Virus record (IMG/VR): IMGVR_UViG_3300040856_003274
Span: 64,001-128,000 of that record
Length of the DNA: 64,000 bases
Reading direction: 5' to 3' (one strand)
DNA from: a virus
Position 1 is the stretch's first letter. Each line of letters begins with the position of its first letter. The notes beneath the pieces are model-generated. The model was not told the origin of the DNA. It searched no databases and saw only the letters and a program-made list of their open reading frames with translations. Of this stretch, positions 1-8,909 are shown piece after piece. Both the position numbers and the translations under genes were made by a program.

Positions 1-1
1 C

Positions 2-598
2 TGTGACGAGATGGGCTTTTCTGAGAAAGCCTCTTGTCGTCCATATAAGAACTGCTATACCCCTAAAAGTACCTCTAAGAGGTCACATATTGACTCTAGC
101 AACTTAAGGAAGCGCCTTGAACATGACTCAAGAGATGTTACTAGCCCACGTCCCTCACATCGTCAACCCTCAGCAAGAACCGCCGCCTTTAGCGACTTTA
201 CCAAGACAGCGAGCGCGGAGGTGGTTCAGCTTCAACAGAGTCTTGAGCAGAGGTTTGAGGGACTCACCCTCTGGCTCACCCACTTCTCAGACTCCAACAT
301 CCTAAGGATTAACGCGATCAGCTTCCCTAAGGATAAAAGAAAGCAAGGATCGGGCAGTCAAGTCATGGCAGAGATTGTCGCATGGGCAGACTCCCACAAC
401 GCGATCTTGTCGCTGACTCCGAGCAAAGACTTCGGCGCGTCTTCAGTGAAGAGGCTTGAGAGGTTTTATCGACGCTTCGGTTTTAAGCCTAACAAGGGGC
501 GCAACAAGGACTTTCGCACTAGAGACTCCATGCTGAGATATCCTGCCACAACAAAGATCGCCAGCCTTATGGACAGATACAGGAGACGTAAACCATGA
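2..598 (+). CDS. Probably 5'-truncated protein with C-terminal GNAT acetyltransferase-like domain
   Basis: The frame is open from the window edge (..CDEMGFSEKASCRPYKNCY). It has a GNAT motif A-like RKQGSGSQVM and the C-terminal LERFYRRFGF. It also contains KTAS and KIAS linkers. Confidence 0.65.
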   Translation, partial: CDEMGFSEKASCRPYKNCYTPKSTSKRSHIDSSNLRKRLEHDSRDVTSPRPSHRQPSARTAAFSDFTKTASAEVVQLQQSLEQRFEGLTLWLTHFSDSNILRINAISFPKDKRKQGSGSQVMAEIVAWADSHNAILSLTPSKDFGASSVKRLERFYRRFGFKPNKGRNKDFRTRDSMLRYPATTKIASLMDRYRRRKP

Positions 599-1386
599 GA
601 GCCTTAATCTTTCTTCTAATATTAGCCCCTACGTTAGCTTACGCTCAGGTCAACACTGAGGTGCTCAGGAGAGGAGGCCCGAAAGGCCACACAGGCTTTT
701 CGAGCAGGTCATCCATAAAGGGCGACTACTCCACAGGCAACGTGGACTCTTCAGCTTTGGGGGCGAAGCTGAGGTTTGACTATCAGCTAGGCGACCACCA
801 CTTCTTTTCTTATTCAGAGGGCGAGTACGGCTCGTCTGACAAGGGCGTGTTTAAAGAGAGTGGGTTTAGTCACTTGAGGTGGTCAGCCTTATGGTATGAC
901 GATATGGGGACAGACCTTTTCGTCCAAGGTCAGTATGACCGCTTCCGTAATCTTAAGCTCAGAGCATTAGCGGGCGGGGGCTTCCGCATGGTAGGCTCAG
1001 CTCGTAAAGATTACCCTCAGCGCCCAGGTGCTCTTGGTACAGACACGGCTTACATTTGGGCTGTCGGTGTCGGTGCGATGGCGGAGTACGAAGAGCTGAG
1101 AGATGGTGATGGGGACGGGTTAGTGTTGAGGAGCACTAACTACGCTACGTTAGTGGTGGACTTAGATGAGGGACATAGCTTTACGGCTACCGCGTATTAC
1201 CAGCCCAAGTTTCAAGAAATCTCTGACTACCGCGTAACATTAGACATCACTTTAGAGTCTACTCTGTTCGGTATAGACTACCTGTTAGCTGGCCCTGTGT
1301 TCACTTACCGCTATGACTCAAGACCACCTGCGGGTGTCGAGCGTCAAGACACCGTGTTAAAGTACGCCCTGACCTTCCGCTACTAA
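595..1386 (+). CDS. DUF481/YdiY-like outer-membrane beta-barrel protein
   Basis: Signal peptide (MRALIFLLILAPTLAYA), alternating amphipathic beta-strands, YDSRPP near the end and a C-terminal aromatic residue (YALTFRY). Start overlaps the previous stop (ATGA). Confidence 0.75.
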   Translation: MRALIFLLILAPTLAYAQVNTEVLRRGGPKGHTGFSSRSSIKGDYSTGNVDSSALGAKLRFDYQLGDHHFFSYSEGEYGSSDKGVFKESGFSHLRWSALWYDDMGTDLFVQGQYDRFRNLKLRALAGGGFRMVGSARKDYPQRPGALGTDTAYIWAVGVGAMAEYEELRDGDGDGLVLRSTNYATLVVDLDEGHSFTATAYYQPKFQEISDYRVTLDITLESTLFGIDYLLAGPVFTYRYDSRPPAGVERQDTVLKYALTFRY

Positions 1387-1476
1387 GATTTTTTAGCGAA
1401 AAAAGGGCGTATAGAATTGTGCGAACGATATGCGTGCGCGGGAGCGTGCGTACACGCGTGCGTGAGCACTAGGCTG

Positions 1477-1507
1477 AATGTCGGGGGAAAAAAGTAATCC
1501 GTAGTGT
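1477..1507 (+). promoter_or_regulatory. Conserved promoter-like motif copy 1 (AATGTCGGGGGAAAAAAGTAATCCG-TAGTGT)
   Basis: The motif occurs 6 times in the window, always ~60-200 bp upstream of a co-oriented accessory gene, and always ends in TAnnnT. Confidence 0.75.
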
Positions 1508-1580
1508 TATCAGAGGGGGGCGGTCGCTCCCCTGTTACTTCAATAGCTCACAGTGAGCTACTCTATGAAAGGTTAATGCG

Positions 1581-1961
1581 ATGTCTACGCATACCAACAC
1601 TACTACAGACTCTATCCGAATTGCACCTGCTGGCGAGTACCTCCGCTACTCAGGCATCGACGAGGCGCGTAAGGCGCTTCGCGAGGGTGAAGAGCTTTTG
1701 ATCGGCGGGTTCCCTAAGCACATCGTGACTGTGTGGGTGAACCCTAATGCGACTGACTCTACCCCCTCTGAGTTGCTCAACTTCGGTTTGGCAGAGGATG
1801 AGGTACAGGCCCAAGTTGTTAAGACTGATATGAGCCTCGCTCAGCTCGTTGAGCAGTTTGGTACTCTTGAGGCTAAGGCTAAGCTCGCAGAGATCGACCG
1901 CGATCTGAACCGCGTTTGCTTCAACCTCCACCTCATTGGAAAGCTCGGCTTCAACCTCTGA
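1581..1961 (+). CDS. Hypothetical protein (probable early gene)
   Basis: 126 aa ORF with GAAAGG RBS, downstream of the promoter motif and followed by a hairpin element. Confidence 0.8.
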   Translation: MSTHTNTTTDSIRIAPAGEYLRYSGIDEARKALREGEELLIGGFPKHIVTVWVNPNATDSTPSELLNFGLAEDEVQAQVVKTDMSLAQLVEQFGTLEAKAKLAEIDRDLNRVCFNLHLIGKLGFNL

Positions 1962-2020
1962 GACTGAGCGAGCGAGACTGAGCGAAGCGCCTCACCTTGT
2001 GAGAGCGCGTCTGTGGTGAT

Positions 2021-2087
2021 ACAGAAACCCCTCACCCCCCAACCTGACTAGCAGGATGGGCGGTGGGGGGTTTTCTGTCGGGAGTAA
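2021..2087 (+). terminator. Long imperfect hairpin + TTTTC-TGTCGGGAGTAA element
   Basis: ACAGAAACCCCTCACC...GGTGGGGGGTTTTCTGT stem. Related elements at 8.8, 12.7, 29.1, 29.9, 31.0 and 31.5 kb. Confidence 0.7.
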
Positions 2088-2099
2088 ACCTGCGCGGTG

Positions 2100-2972
2100 T
2101 TAGCCCTGTAAGATTAGGGTGCGCCTCTCGTCTCTCACCTTGATCAACTCCTCTAGCTCAGCTTGAGCCTGCTCAACCTCCTCAGCTCTCATGAGGATTT
2201 CTTCTGTCAGCTCTGTCATAGGCATATCGTCAGAGGTGGCTTGAGACTCATAGTGCTCATAATGCTTAGAGGCATACTGACACGCGATAGGTGTGGAGTA
2301 GATGCCGTGTGTAGCGACCTCTTCCCAACTGTCGAGAGCATTGCTGAGGTGGTAAGCTACTCTCCTCCGAGTCTTAGTGTCTTGAGGCATTGAAGGTAGG
2401 GTCTGATCTGTCTTATAGCAGTAGTCTCTAACCTTATTCCTGACGGTCAAGGGCGAGAGCCCGCTAAACTCAGAGATCACCTTCCAACCTAAGCCACCTT
2501 TACGCGCCTCAAACATCTCTTCCTCTGTAGTGATCCAAGACTCCTTCTCTTTTGAAGCTACACCGTAATCAATCAAGAGACTTGGCATACTCAGTACGTA
2601 CTCTAATACACCGAAGTAGGATGCCAGCTCCTTCCATGTAAGGCTTGGCTCAACCCTCTTAATCTCTTCAGCGAGGGGCGGATAATTTTTGTAGCTTGTC
2701 TGCTCCAAAAGCTTCTGCCCTTTCTTCTTAGTGTAATACTCAGAAGAGTAGCTGTCCTTAATCTGATAGGTGCTGTAGAGGTCGTGTCTCTCTGCACTCA
2801 CCAAAACCGCCTTGATCCAACAGCGTAAGCGGAGAGGGTCTGTGAGCCGAGCGGAGACGGTATAACGCTCAACTGCTTGGCGAACCTGTGTTGTAGGTGA
2901 TTGGGTAATCTTAGCAAGGGTTTTGTAGGTCGCCCCCTTGACGATATGGTCGTATAGTCTCTTGCTGTTCAT
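2100..2972 (-). CDS. Hypothetical protein with repeated HTH-like segments
   Basis: Segments GATYKTLAKIT, LTWKELASYFGV, LGWKVISEFSGLSPLTVRNKV and DSWEEVA resemble tandem helix-turn-helix units. Confidence 0.6.
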   Translation of the reverse strand: MNSKRLYDHIVKGATYKTLAKITQSPTTQVRQAVERYTVSARLTDPLRLRCWIKAVLVSAERHDLYSTYQIKDSYSSEYYTKKKGQKLLEQTSYKNYPPLAEEIKRVEPSLTWKELASYFGVLEYVLSMPSLLIDYGVASKEKESWITTEEEMFEARKGGLGWKVISEFSGLSPLTVRNKVRDYCYKTDQTLPSMPQDTKTRRRVAYHLSNALDSWEEVATHGIYSTPIACQYASKHYEHYESQATSDDMPMTELTEEILMRAEEVEQAQAELEELIKVRDERRTLILQG

Positions 2973-2976
2973 TAAC

Positions 2977-3078
2977 TTACCTCTTCGAGTAGACTTGGGT
3001 GATGTGCTTCAGGTCTTTATTGTTTTTTTTGCGGTTGTCGTTAAGTAGAGAACCGACTGCACACTTGCGCTTGCTCAT
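2977..3078 (-). CDS. Small basic hypothetical protein (33 aa, MSKRKCAVG...)
   Basis: GAAAGG RBS before the ATG at 3078; fills the gap between co-oriented genes. Confidence 0.45.
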   Translation of the reverse strand: MSKRKCAVGSLLNDNRKKNNKDLKHITQVYSKR

Positions 3079-3091
3079 TGGGTAGCCTTTC

Positions 3092-3583
3092 TTAGGTATT
3101 GAGATCGTCTGATCGGAGGCTGACTCTTGGTTTGCTCTCGCGAACGTCAAGATGAGAGAGCACCTCGCGATAAAGGTCATGGTTTTCTTTTAGCTTCTCA
3201 AGGGCTCCTCTCTTCAGATTGTACTTGGTGTCTACGAAAGAGTTAAAAGACGCGCCTAATATCCTTCTGAGAGGCTCTACGTCGTTGATTAGGTAGTTAG
3301 CCCGTTGTTTGCTGACTTTAATCCAGCCTCCGTTGGTGTTGTATACCCACTCGCCTTCATCGCGTAAGAAAGGTGTCGCGGTCTGTCGTGCGATCTCCTT
3401 GGTAGGCTCTACAGCCTTTGCGAGCTTTTGGCTCATGTCCCAAAGGAAGATCGCCAAGTCTGTCTTCATTGAGAAGGGTGTATCAGCATCGTTAAGCGTA
3501 TCGACCATCTCCTCTACGATGTCTTTGAGAGTCTCTTGGTCTTCTCGGTACGTCTTCATTGAGATGTCATCTGTGCCGTACAT
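3092..3583 (-). CDS. Hypothetical protein
   Basis: The ORF track starts at 3718, but the more likely start is the ATG at 3583 (MYGTDD...), which has a purine-rich leader. Confidence 0.7.
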   Translation of the reverse strand: MYGTDDISMKTYREDQETLKDIVEEMVDTLNDADTPFSMKTDLAIFLWDMSQKLAKAVEPTKEIARQTATPFLRDEGEWVYNTNGGWIKVSKQRANYLINDVEPLRRILGASFNSFVDTKYNLKRGALEKLKENHDLYREVLSHLDVRESKPRVSLRSDDLNT

Positions 3584-3806
3584 GGGCTTTCTCTTTTCTG
3601 AGGAGAGTCTCCTCGGTGTGTAGCTGGCGAGTGTTTCCGCCTTCACAAACTTTACACTTGCGAGGCTAAAAGATGACCAAAAAAGTAAGCTCTGACTTTT
3701 CTTATCTAACAAAATCAAGCGGTTAGCCGTTTTACTGTTTTGAGGAGGCTTGACAGTTTTGCGGATAGTGTAGAAGATTTAAGTATAGCGCAAGTGAGGA
3801 GTGCCT

Positions 3807-3932
3807 ATGAGAGATCGTTACCCTAAGGCGTATGAAGAGCGTCCGTACCTTGAAATCCCACCTCCACCTCCACCACCTAAACAAGAAAACAAACCAAAAG
3901 AGCGGAAAAGGGTTATTATTATAGACCTTTAA
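3807..3932 (+). CDS. Small proline-rich protein (41 aa, MRDRYPKAYEERPYLEIPPPPPPP...RVIIIDL), not in the ORF track
   Basis: Strong GAGGAG RBS; ATG at 3807, TAA at 3930-3932; directly precedes the RBS of the next gene. Confidence 0.7.
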   Translation: MRDRYPKAYEERPYLEIPPPPPPPKQENKPKERKRVIIIDL

Positions 3933-3947
3933 TCACAGGAGACAGAC

Positions 3948-4268
3948 ATGACCGCCGTTGTATTTACTCAAGACATGCCCAAATACGTAAAGGTTCAAGA
4001 CTTCGAGGAGCTTTTAGACAACCACATCCTAGGCAAGAGCTTCGAGGTAACCGTAGGTAAGCCTCCGCCAGCTAAAAAACCTTACTACTTCCCTGACTCG
4101 GTAGCCGCCGCTTTAAGGGGCGGTAAGGATTTGCTCGCTGTCGTAGACTCGCACCTGTACGAGGATTATACTGTACGGGTAGAGTGGGTTAAGAAACGTG
4201 AGCATAATCAGAGAGTTATGAGACGGTTTAAAAAAATTGGGGAGCGCGAGCGCCGCTTTAGTGTATAG
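3948..4268 (+). CDS. Hypothetical protein
   Basis: 106 aa ORF with CAGGAG RBS. Confidence 0.75.
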   Translation: MTAVVFTQDMPKYVKVQDFEELLDNHILGKSFEVTVGKPPPAKKPYYFPDSVAAALRGGKDLLAVVDSHLYEDYTVRVEWVKKREHNQRVMRRFKKIGERERRFSV

Positions 4269-4317
4269 GGGATGTGGATGACCACACCCAACCCTAACAG
4301 ATGGAGCACACCAAAAA

Positions 4318-4788
4318 ATGGTCGTATACCAACTGATACACAATCTCTCGACGCAGACTTGTGGAGAGATTGACATTCTCCCCTTTACCCAGGCTTTCGC
4401 TACTAAAGCAGAGGCTGAGAAGAGAAGGCGCGAAATCTTGTCCTCGCTAAAGGCGCTCGCAAACGCTAACAAAGCGACCGTAAAAGAAAACTTCGAGTGT
4501 ACCCCTGCTGAGTACATGAAGTACGCTGGATTTCGTGTCTCTATCGTGAAGCATAAGGTCACGAAAGAGGAGCTGCTCTCTTTTATTTCATCTATCCCTT
4601 GTGGGGAGTACCAGTCGAGTATTCAATATGTAAGAAACCACGATGCGGCAGTCGTTGCGGTATGGGATGATATTCCTAAAGATGACCCTCTCGCACACAG
4701 TGACTTGTCGTGGACGCTTTATAATGACAACATACAACAGATTACCGTTGAGCCCCGTGAAGATGAGGCTGAGGAGTCGGTATTGTAA
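4318..4788 (+). CDS. Hypothetical protein
   Basis: 156 aa ORF with GGAG RBS; TAATG-coupled to the next gene. Confidence 0.75.
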   Translation: MVVYQLIHNLSTQTCGEIDILPFTQAFATKAEAEKRRREILSSLKALANANKATVKENFECTPAEYMKYAGFRVSIVKHKVTKEELLSFISSIPCGEYQSSIQYVRNHDAAVVAVWDDIPKDDPLAHSDLSWTLYNDNIQQITVEPREDEAEESVL

Positions 4789-5027
4789 TGTACACCATAT
4801 CGCTAATGTCGAACCCTGATGAGAGTGGCTTTAGCCACGGAGTTACCCTCTCTAAACACCGCAAAAAAGAGCGGGCAGAGGAGAACCTGAAGAAATACCA
4901 GGCGATCTACGCAAGCGATGAAGATAAGAGTGTTGTGATGAGCCACACCATCTCTAAGTCAGCTCAGAGGAGAGCACGACAAGGTGCTTGCCCTGAGCTA
5001 AGAAAGCTGTTCGCGCCGTTCCTCTGA
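4788..5027 (+). CDS. Hypothetical protein
   Basis: 79 aa ORF with GAGGAG RBS, translationally coupled to the previous gene. Confidence 0.7.
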   Translation: MYTISLMSNPDESGFSHGVTLSKHRKKERAEENLKKYQAIYASDEDKSVVMSHTISKSAQRRARQGACPELRKLFAPFL

Positions 5028-5281
5028 AGGCAAATGAACGGGTAGTGGTTTACTGATAGCCACACCTGATCCTCTGAGACGATAAGCACCCCGTCAACCT
5101 CAAGCCTAAGCGCACAGAGGTCTGACAGGGTGCTTTTGCTATTATGGGATAAATGGGCGGTGCTCAAGTAGACGTTGCCCATGCACAAGTAGCGTAGCGG
5201 AGAGGCCACTTTACGGGCTAAATTGTAGTAGCTACTGCCGCGCTTCACGTAAACCTCAAGTGTGAGCACTAGCTCTTTCAT
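4964..5281 (-). CDS. Hypothetical protein
   Basis: Starts 1 nt after the SOD stop; its 3' end overlaps the convergent gene by 64 bp. Confidence 0.45.
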   Translation of the reverse strand: MKELVLTLEVYVKRGSSYYNLARKVASPLRYLCMGNVYLSTAHLSHNSKSTLSDLCALRLEVDGVLIVSEDQVWLSVNHYPFICLQRNGANSFLSSGQAPCRALL

Positions 5282-5282
5282 C

Positions 5283-5882
5283 TTAAGCGAACCGCCAGCT
5301 CAACAGGTTGTCGATGACCTCCTCAAGAAACTCCTCCCTCCCGTTGTCGTAGTCCTTGTAATAAGCGTGCTCCCAAAGGTCTATCGTGAGGATAGGTTTG
5401 TGACCTCTCATCATAGGTGTGTTCTGATTGAGCGTTGAGTAGACCCTCAGCTCTCCCTCTTGAGTCTCCGCGAGCCACACCCACCCTGAACCGAAGTGGC
5501 TTGTGCCTTTCTTTAGCAGCTCTCTGCGGAGCTCCGCGTACCCTCCGAAGGTTTGCCTGACTTTATTTTGGAAGGTGCGGGGAGTCTCTTCGTAGGGAAG
5601 GGGAGTAGGTGAGAGGCAGAGCCAATAAAAGGAGTGGTTCCATGCTCCGCCACCGAAGTCAATCACGGACTGCTTAATCTCTTGAGGCAACCATTTAGGG
5701 TTAGAGATTAGCTCATACAGAGAGCCCACACTTTTAAGCAGACCTGGACAGTCTTCGAGGGTTTTGTTGAGTTTGTCGATGTATCCCTTTTGGTGCGACA
5801 GGTGATGGAGCCTCATCGCCTCTTCAGAGATAAACGGCTCTAGAGCGCCGTAAGAATAGGGTAGCGGTTGTAATGTTAGCAT
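5283..5882 (-). CDS. sod: Fe/Mn superoxide dismutase
   Basis: LPYSYGALEPFIS, HHLSHQ, WNH, FGSGWVWL and DLWEHAYY motifs. True start is the ATG at 5882 with GAGGA RBS (199 aa). Confidence 0.95.
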   Translation of the reverse strand: MLTLQPLPYSYGALEPFISEEAMRLHHLSHQKGYIDKLNKTLEDCPGLLKSVGSLYELISNPKWLPQEIKQSVIDFGGGAWNHSFYWLCLSPTPLPYEETPRTFQNKVRQTFGGYAELRRELLKKGTSHFGSGWVWLAETQEGELRVYSTLNQNTPMMRGHKPILTIDLWEHAYYKDYDNGREEFLEEVIDNLLSWRFA

Positions 5883-5976
5883 GGTGAGTCCTCTTTCGGT
5901 TAGGTTTAGGTTAGCATAATCTCTCTTTACCTGAGAGAGGTTGTGTAGACGGCTTATCAAGGAGAGAAGGTAGCCC

Positions 5977-7314
5977 ATGCAAACCATAGTAATAGACACT
6001 TCGGTGTTCATCCACGATCCAAACGCGGTAGACAACTATCAAGGCCACAGGGTCGCTGTCCCCATCTACGTCATTATGGAGCTTGATGACTTAAAAGACG
6101 CTAAGAAAGGTGAGGTGTCACAGCTTGCTCGTAAAGCCTCTAACAAGATCCTAATGTACCTCAACGAGGACTCGTTCGACGGTGAGCTAGAGGTCATCGG
6201 TTTAACGGAAGCTGATTTAGGTGTGGACACGCTCGACAAGTCTTTTATGGACACCAACCGTAAGATGGACACTCTCATCTTACAGAGTGCGATTGGTCAA
6301 AAGCGAGCTGGACATGAAGTGCTGCTACTAACCAAGGATATTAATCTTAGGATACTCGCGCTCTCTGAGGGCTTGCAGGCTGAAGATTACGACATCGACC
6401 ATGTGTCTATGAACGAGATATGGAGAGGCTCTCAAAAGATTAACACTGACCAGCTTTCTTCTGACGCTTTCGCTGACGTGGTGGAGTCTTATTGGAAGGG
6501 CGCGGTTAACCTAGACACAGTTAGAGAGCACCTCAGAGCTGACCCTATCCAAAACGAGTTTATCGTCTTTGATGAGGGCGGTAAAACTCACTTGTTTAGG
6601 CACGACAAGGGCAAGTGCGTACCTATCGACAAGAAGGAGACGCATTGTAATCTTAAGGCGCGTAATCTTGAGCAGACAATGGCGCTTAATCTGCTAGGAC
6701 GTAGCGACATCGAGCTCTGCTGTATCATCGGCAAAGCGGGGACGGGCAAGACGATACTTGCTTTGGGCTCAGCCCTAGCTCAGCTCGGCAACGGCGCGGG
6801 TTATTACGACCGTATAATCTTAACCAAGCCCGTTGTAGATGTGGGGCGCGGTATCGGTTTTCTTCCAGGGGGCATCGGTGAGAAGATGGAGCCTTGGATG
6901 CAGAGCTTCTTCGACAACCTCGACCAGCTCCTCCCTCCTACAGGGTCTGATAAAGAGAAGGGGGCGCATAAGGCTGAGAGCACATGGCTACCACTCCTTG
7001 AGAGCGGTGTGATTGAGATACAGCCTATCAACACAATTCGAGGGCGCTCTCTGAGTAGGTCATTCATGATCATTGACGAGGCGCAGAACCTCACTAAGCA
7101 TGAGGTCAAGTCTATCATTACGAGAGCCGCAGAAGGCACTAAGGTAATCTTAATGGGTGATCCCTACCAAGTAGACAACCCTTACCTTGACAAAAACAAT
7201 AACGGGCTCGTCTATGTCGTGGAGCGCATGAAAGGTCAGGACTGCTTCGGCGCTACGATGCTCAAGCGGTCTGAGAGATCAAGACTGTCAGACCTCGCGG
7301 CTGATCTCCTCTAA
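5977..7314 (+). CDS. phoH: PhoH2-type protein (PIN domain + PhoH ATPase)
   Basis: N-terminal PIN (IDTSVF, ELDDLK, TKDINLRI), Walker A GKAGTGKT, GFLPG, RGRSL, IIDEAQN, GDPYQVD. Confidence 0.93.
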   Translation: MQTIVIDTSVFIHDPNAVDNYQGHRVAVPIYVIMELDDLKDAKKGEVSQLARKASNKILMYLNEDSFDGELEVIGLTEADLGVDTLDKSFMDTNRKMDTLILQSAIGQKRAGHEVLLLTKDINLRILALSEGLQAEDYDIDHVSMNEIWRGSQKINTDQLSSDAFADVVESYWKGAVNLDTVREHLRADPIQNEFIVFDEGGKTHLFRHDKGKCVPIDKKETHCNLKARNLEQTMALNLLGRSDIELCCIIGKAGTGKTILALGSALAQLGNGAGYYDRIILTKPVVDVGRGIGFLPGGIGEKMEPWMQSFFDNLDQLLPPTGSDKEKGAHKAESTWLPLLESGVIEIQPINTIRGRSLSRSFMIIDEAQNLTKHEVKSIITRAAEGTKVILMGDPYQVDNPYLDKNNNGLVYVVERMKGQDCFGATMLKRSERSRLSDLAADLL

Positions 7315-7382
7315 AAAAAATGGCTACGTCAGGGCTTTCTTAGTGTATAAAAAGCAAACCTAATACACTAAGGGAGGTCGTT

Positions 7383-7457
7383 TTGATCCCAGCTCTTATC
7401 GCAGGCTTCCTTGAGGTCGCCTTGATCCTCTACATTGTGGAGGTGTACCGCAGATGA
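7383..7457 (+). CDS. Putative 24-aa hydrophobic peptide
   Basis: GGGAGG RBS, TTG start, one TM-like segment; stop overlaps the next ATG (ATGA). Confidence 0.4.
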   Translation: MIPALIAGFLEVALILYIVEVYRR

Positions 7458-7684
7458 CTAGCTATGATGAGCGAGAGCGCCAAGCTCTCAGTAGAGGCTA
7501 CTACTCTCTCAAAGAGGGTGAGTCCACCTCTGTAAAACCTACTAAGGTTGTTGCCTACATGGTGACTGAGGAGGACGCGGAGACGTTCTCAGTAGGGGAC
7601 GTTTTCACCGCCCGAAATGGGCAGTGGTACATCAAAATCGCCACCAACGATTACCGCCCTTGGGTGTGGGTATCTAACTCTTAA
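7454..7684 (+). CDS. Hypothetical protein
   Basis: 76 aa ORF with GGAGG RBS. Confidence 0.7.
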   Translation: MTSYDERERQALSRGYYSLKEGESTSVKPTKVVAYMVTEEDAETFSVGDVFTARNGQWYIKIATNDYRPWVWVSNS

Positions 7685-7700
7685 AAAAGTGAGATAAGAA

Positions 7701-7856
7701 ATGTCTGTACTGTATAAAAACTGGACTGTCCACAACCTGATCGCTCACCCTTTGAGCGAGATCATTTGGCTCATCACCTTTGGCAAGGGTGAGAAGCTCT
7801 CTAACTATGTTCACGACGTAACCCTGCCCGCTAACCATGAGAACGGAAGAGGCTAA
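7701..7856 (+). CDS. Small hypothetical protein (51 aa, WTVHNLIAHPLSE...HDVTLP), not in the ORF track
   Basis: ATG at 7701, TAA at 7854-7856; fills an operon gap; His-containing motif. Confidence 0.65.
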   Translation: MSVLYKNWTVHNLIAHPLSEIIWLITFGKGEKLSNYVHDVTLPANHENGRG

Positions 7857-7861
7857 TCAGC

Positions 7862-8329
7862 ATGAAGATTAACGACCTAAAACAAGGCTTCGCTCAGCGC
7901 GTAAAGTCACACATTAATAATCTAGATGACCTGCTCTCTGATGCTTCAGTGAAAGGCGACCATCGCGAGGTCGCGAGACTGTTTCATGAGAGCGTCGTTG
8001 CAGAGAACCTTCTAGAGTGTCTAGAGGGGGAAGACTTGAACAAAGACCATGTGAAGGTCATCGTCTATCCCTCTGACGCTAAGTCTACACCCTCTGTCCG
8101 TAAGGTGAAGACAAGACATGAGATTGGCCTCATTGTGGGAGGTAGCTTAGAGCTTGCCAAGTTTAACGCGAACAGCTTCAGCGTCATCATCAACGGAGAC
8201 GCTAAGAAATCTGTAAAGTTGAAAGGATTAGGTTTGTCCTATACCGCTCACCCCAACCCCTACTTGCCCCCCTATCGAGGCACTGTCGTGATGGTGTCTA
8301 ACGATTGGGAGAAACTACCTTTAAAATGA
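7862..8329 (+). CDS. Hypothetical protein
   Basis: 155 aa ORF with GAGG RBS. Confidence 0.75.
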   Translation: MKINDLKQGFAQRVKSHINNLDDLLSDASVKGDHREVARLFHESVVAENLLECLEGEDLNKDHVKVIVYPSDAKSTPSVRKVKTRHEIGLIVGGSLELAKFNANSFSVIINGDAKKSVKLKGLGLSYTAHPNPYLPPYRGTVVMVSNDWEKLPLK

Positions 8330-8766
8330 GCCTCTCTCAAGGTGAACGTAATCTCGTTCACCTAGCGTTACAAGGAGGGATACCTTCTTTTAACATCGAG
8401 CTCCCCGAAGACGTGACTTTTTGGCACTACGCTAGCTCTCTTGAAGTGCGTCGTCACGGTGAGCGGGTGCTCACGGTACGTGATTTTGATGAAGCGCACT
8501 TGATGCTAATCTTACAAGGTAGAGCATGGAAGGATGCTACGCTCGGAGTTTTAGACCTCGCACAAATCTTCGCCCAAGGCTTCTCCCTCTCTCTGAAGAG
8601 AACAGCAGAAGGGACTGCCCTTGGAGTCTCAGCTCCTCCTCCATTAAAAGGCACTGCTCCCCCTTTGAAGAAGAGCGTCCTCTTGTCTCATGTAGAGAGT
8701 GAGGGCTACTCTCTCCTTGTACGTAAGCGAACCCTCGCGAGTCTCCTCACCCGCACCTGCCAATAA
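8326..8766 (+). CDS. Hypothetical protein
   Basis: Likely start is the ATG at 8326 overlapping the previous stop (ATGA). Confidence 0.65.
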   Translation: MSLSQGERNLVHLALQGGIPSFNIELPEDVTFWHYASSLEVRRHGERVLTVRDFDEAHLMLILQGRAWKDATLGVLDLAQIFAQGFSLSLKRTAEGTALGVSAPPPLKGTAPPLKKSVLLSHVESEGYSLLVRKRTLASLLTRTCQ

Positions 8767-8793
8767 GAAAAGCCCGGGCGCTCGCCTGTAATA

Positions 8794-8857
8794 TTACTCC
8801 CGACAGAAAACCCCCTCACCGCCCAACCCGTCTAGGACAGGTGGGAGGTGAGGGGGT
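8794..8857 (-). terminator. Hairpin + TTTTC-TGTCGGGAGTAA element downstream of the vWA gene
   Basis: Its reverse complement closely matches the element at 2021-2087. Confidence 0.7.
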
Positions 8858-8909
8858 CATCAAACCAAGAGCAGGTTGTCGTCGTCAGCGCGTCAGCGCG
8901 TCTCAAGTC

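Noticed and set aside
3750-3790. Sigma70 promoter at TTGACA 3750
   Set aside because: No good TAnnnT at 16-18 bp spacing; left uncalled.
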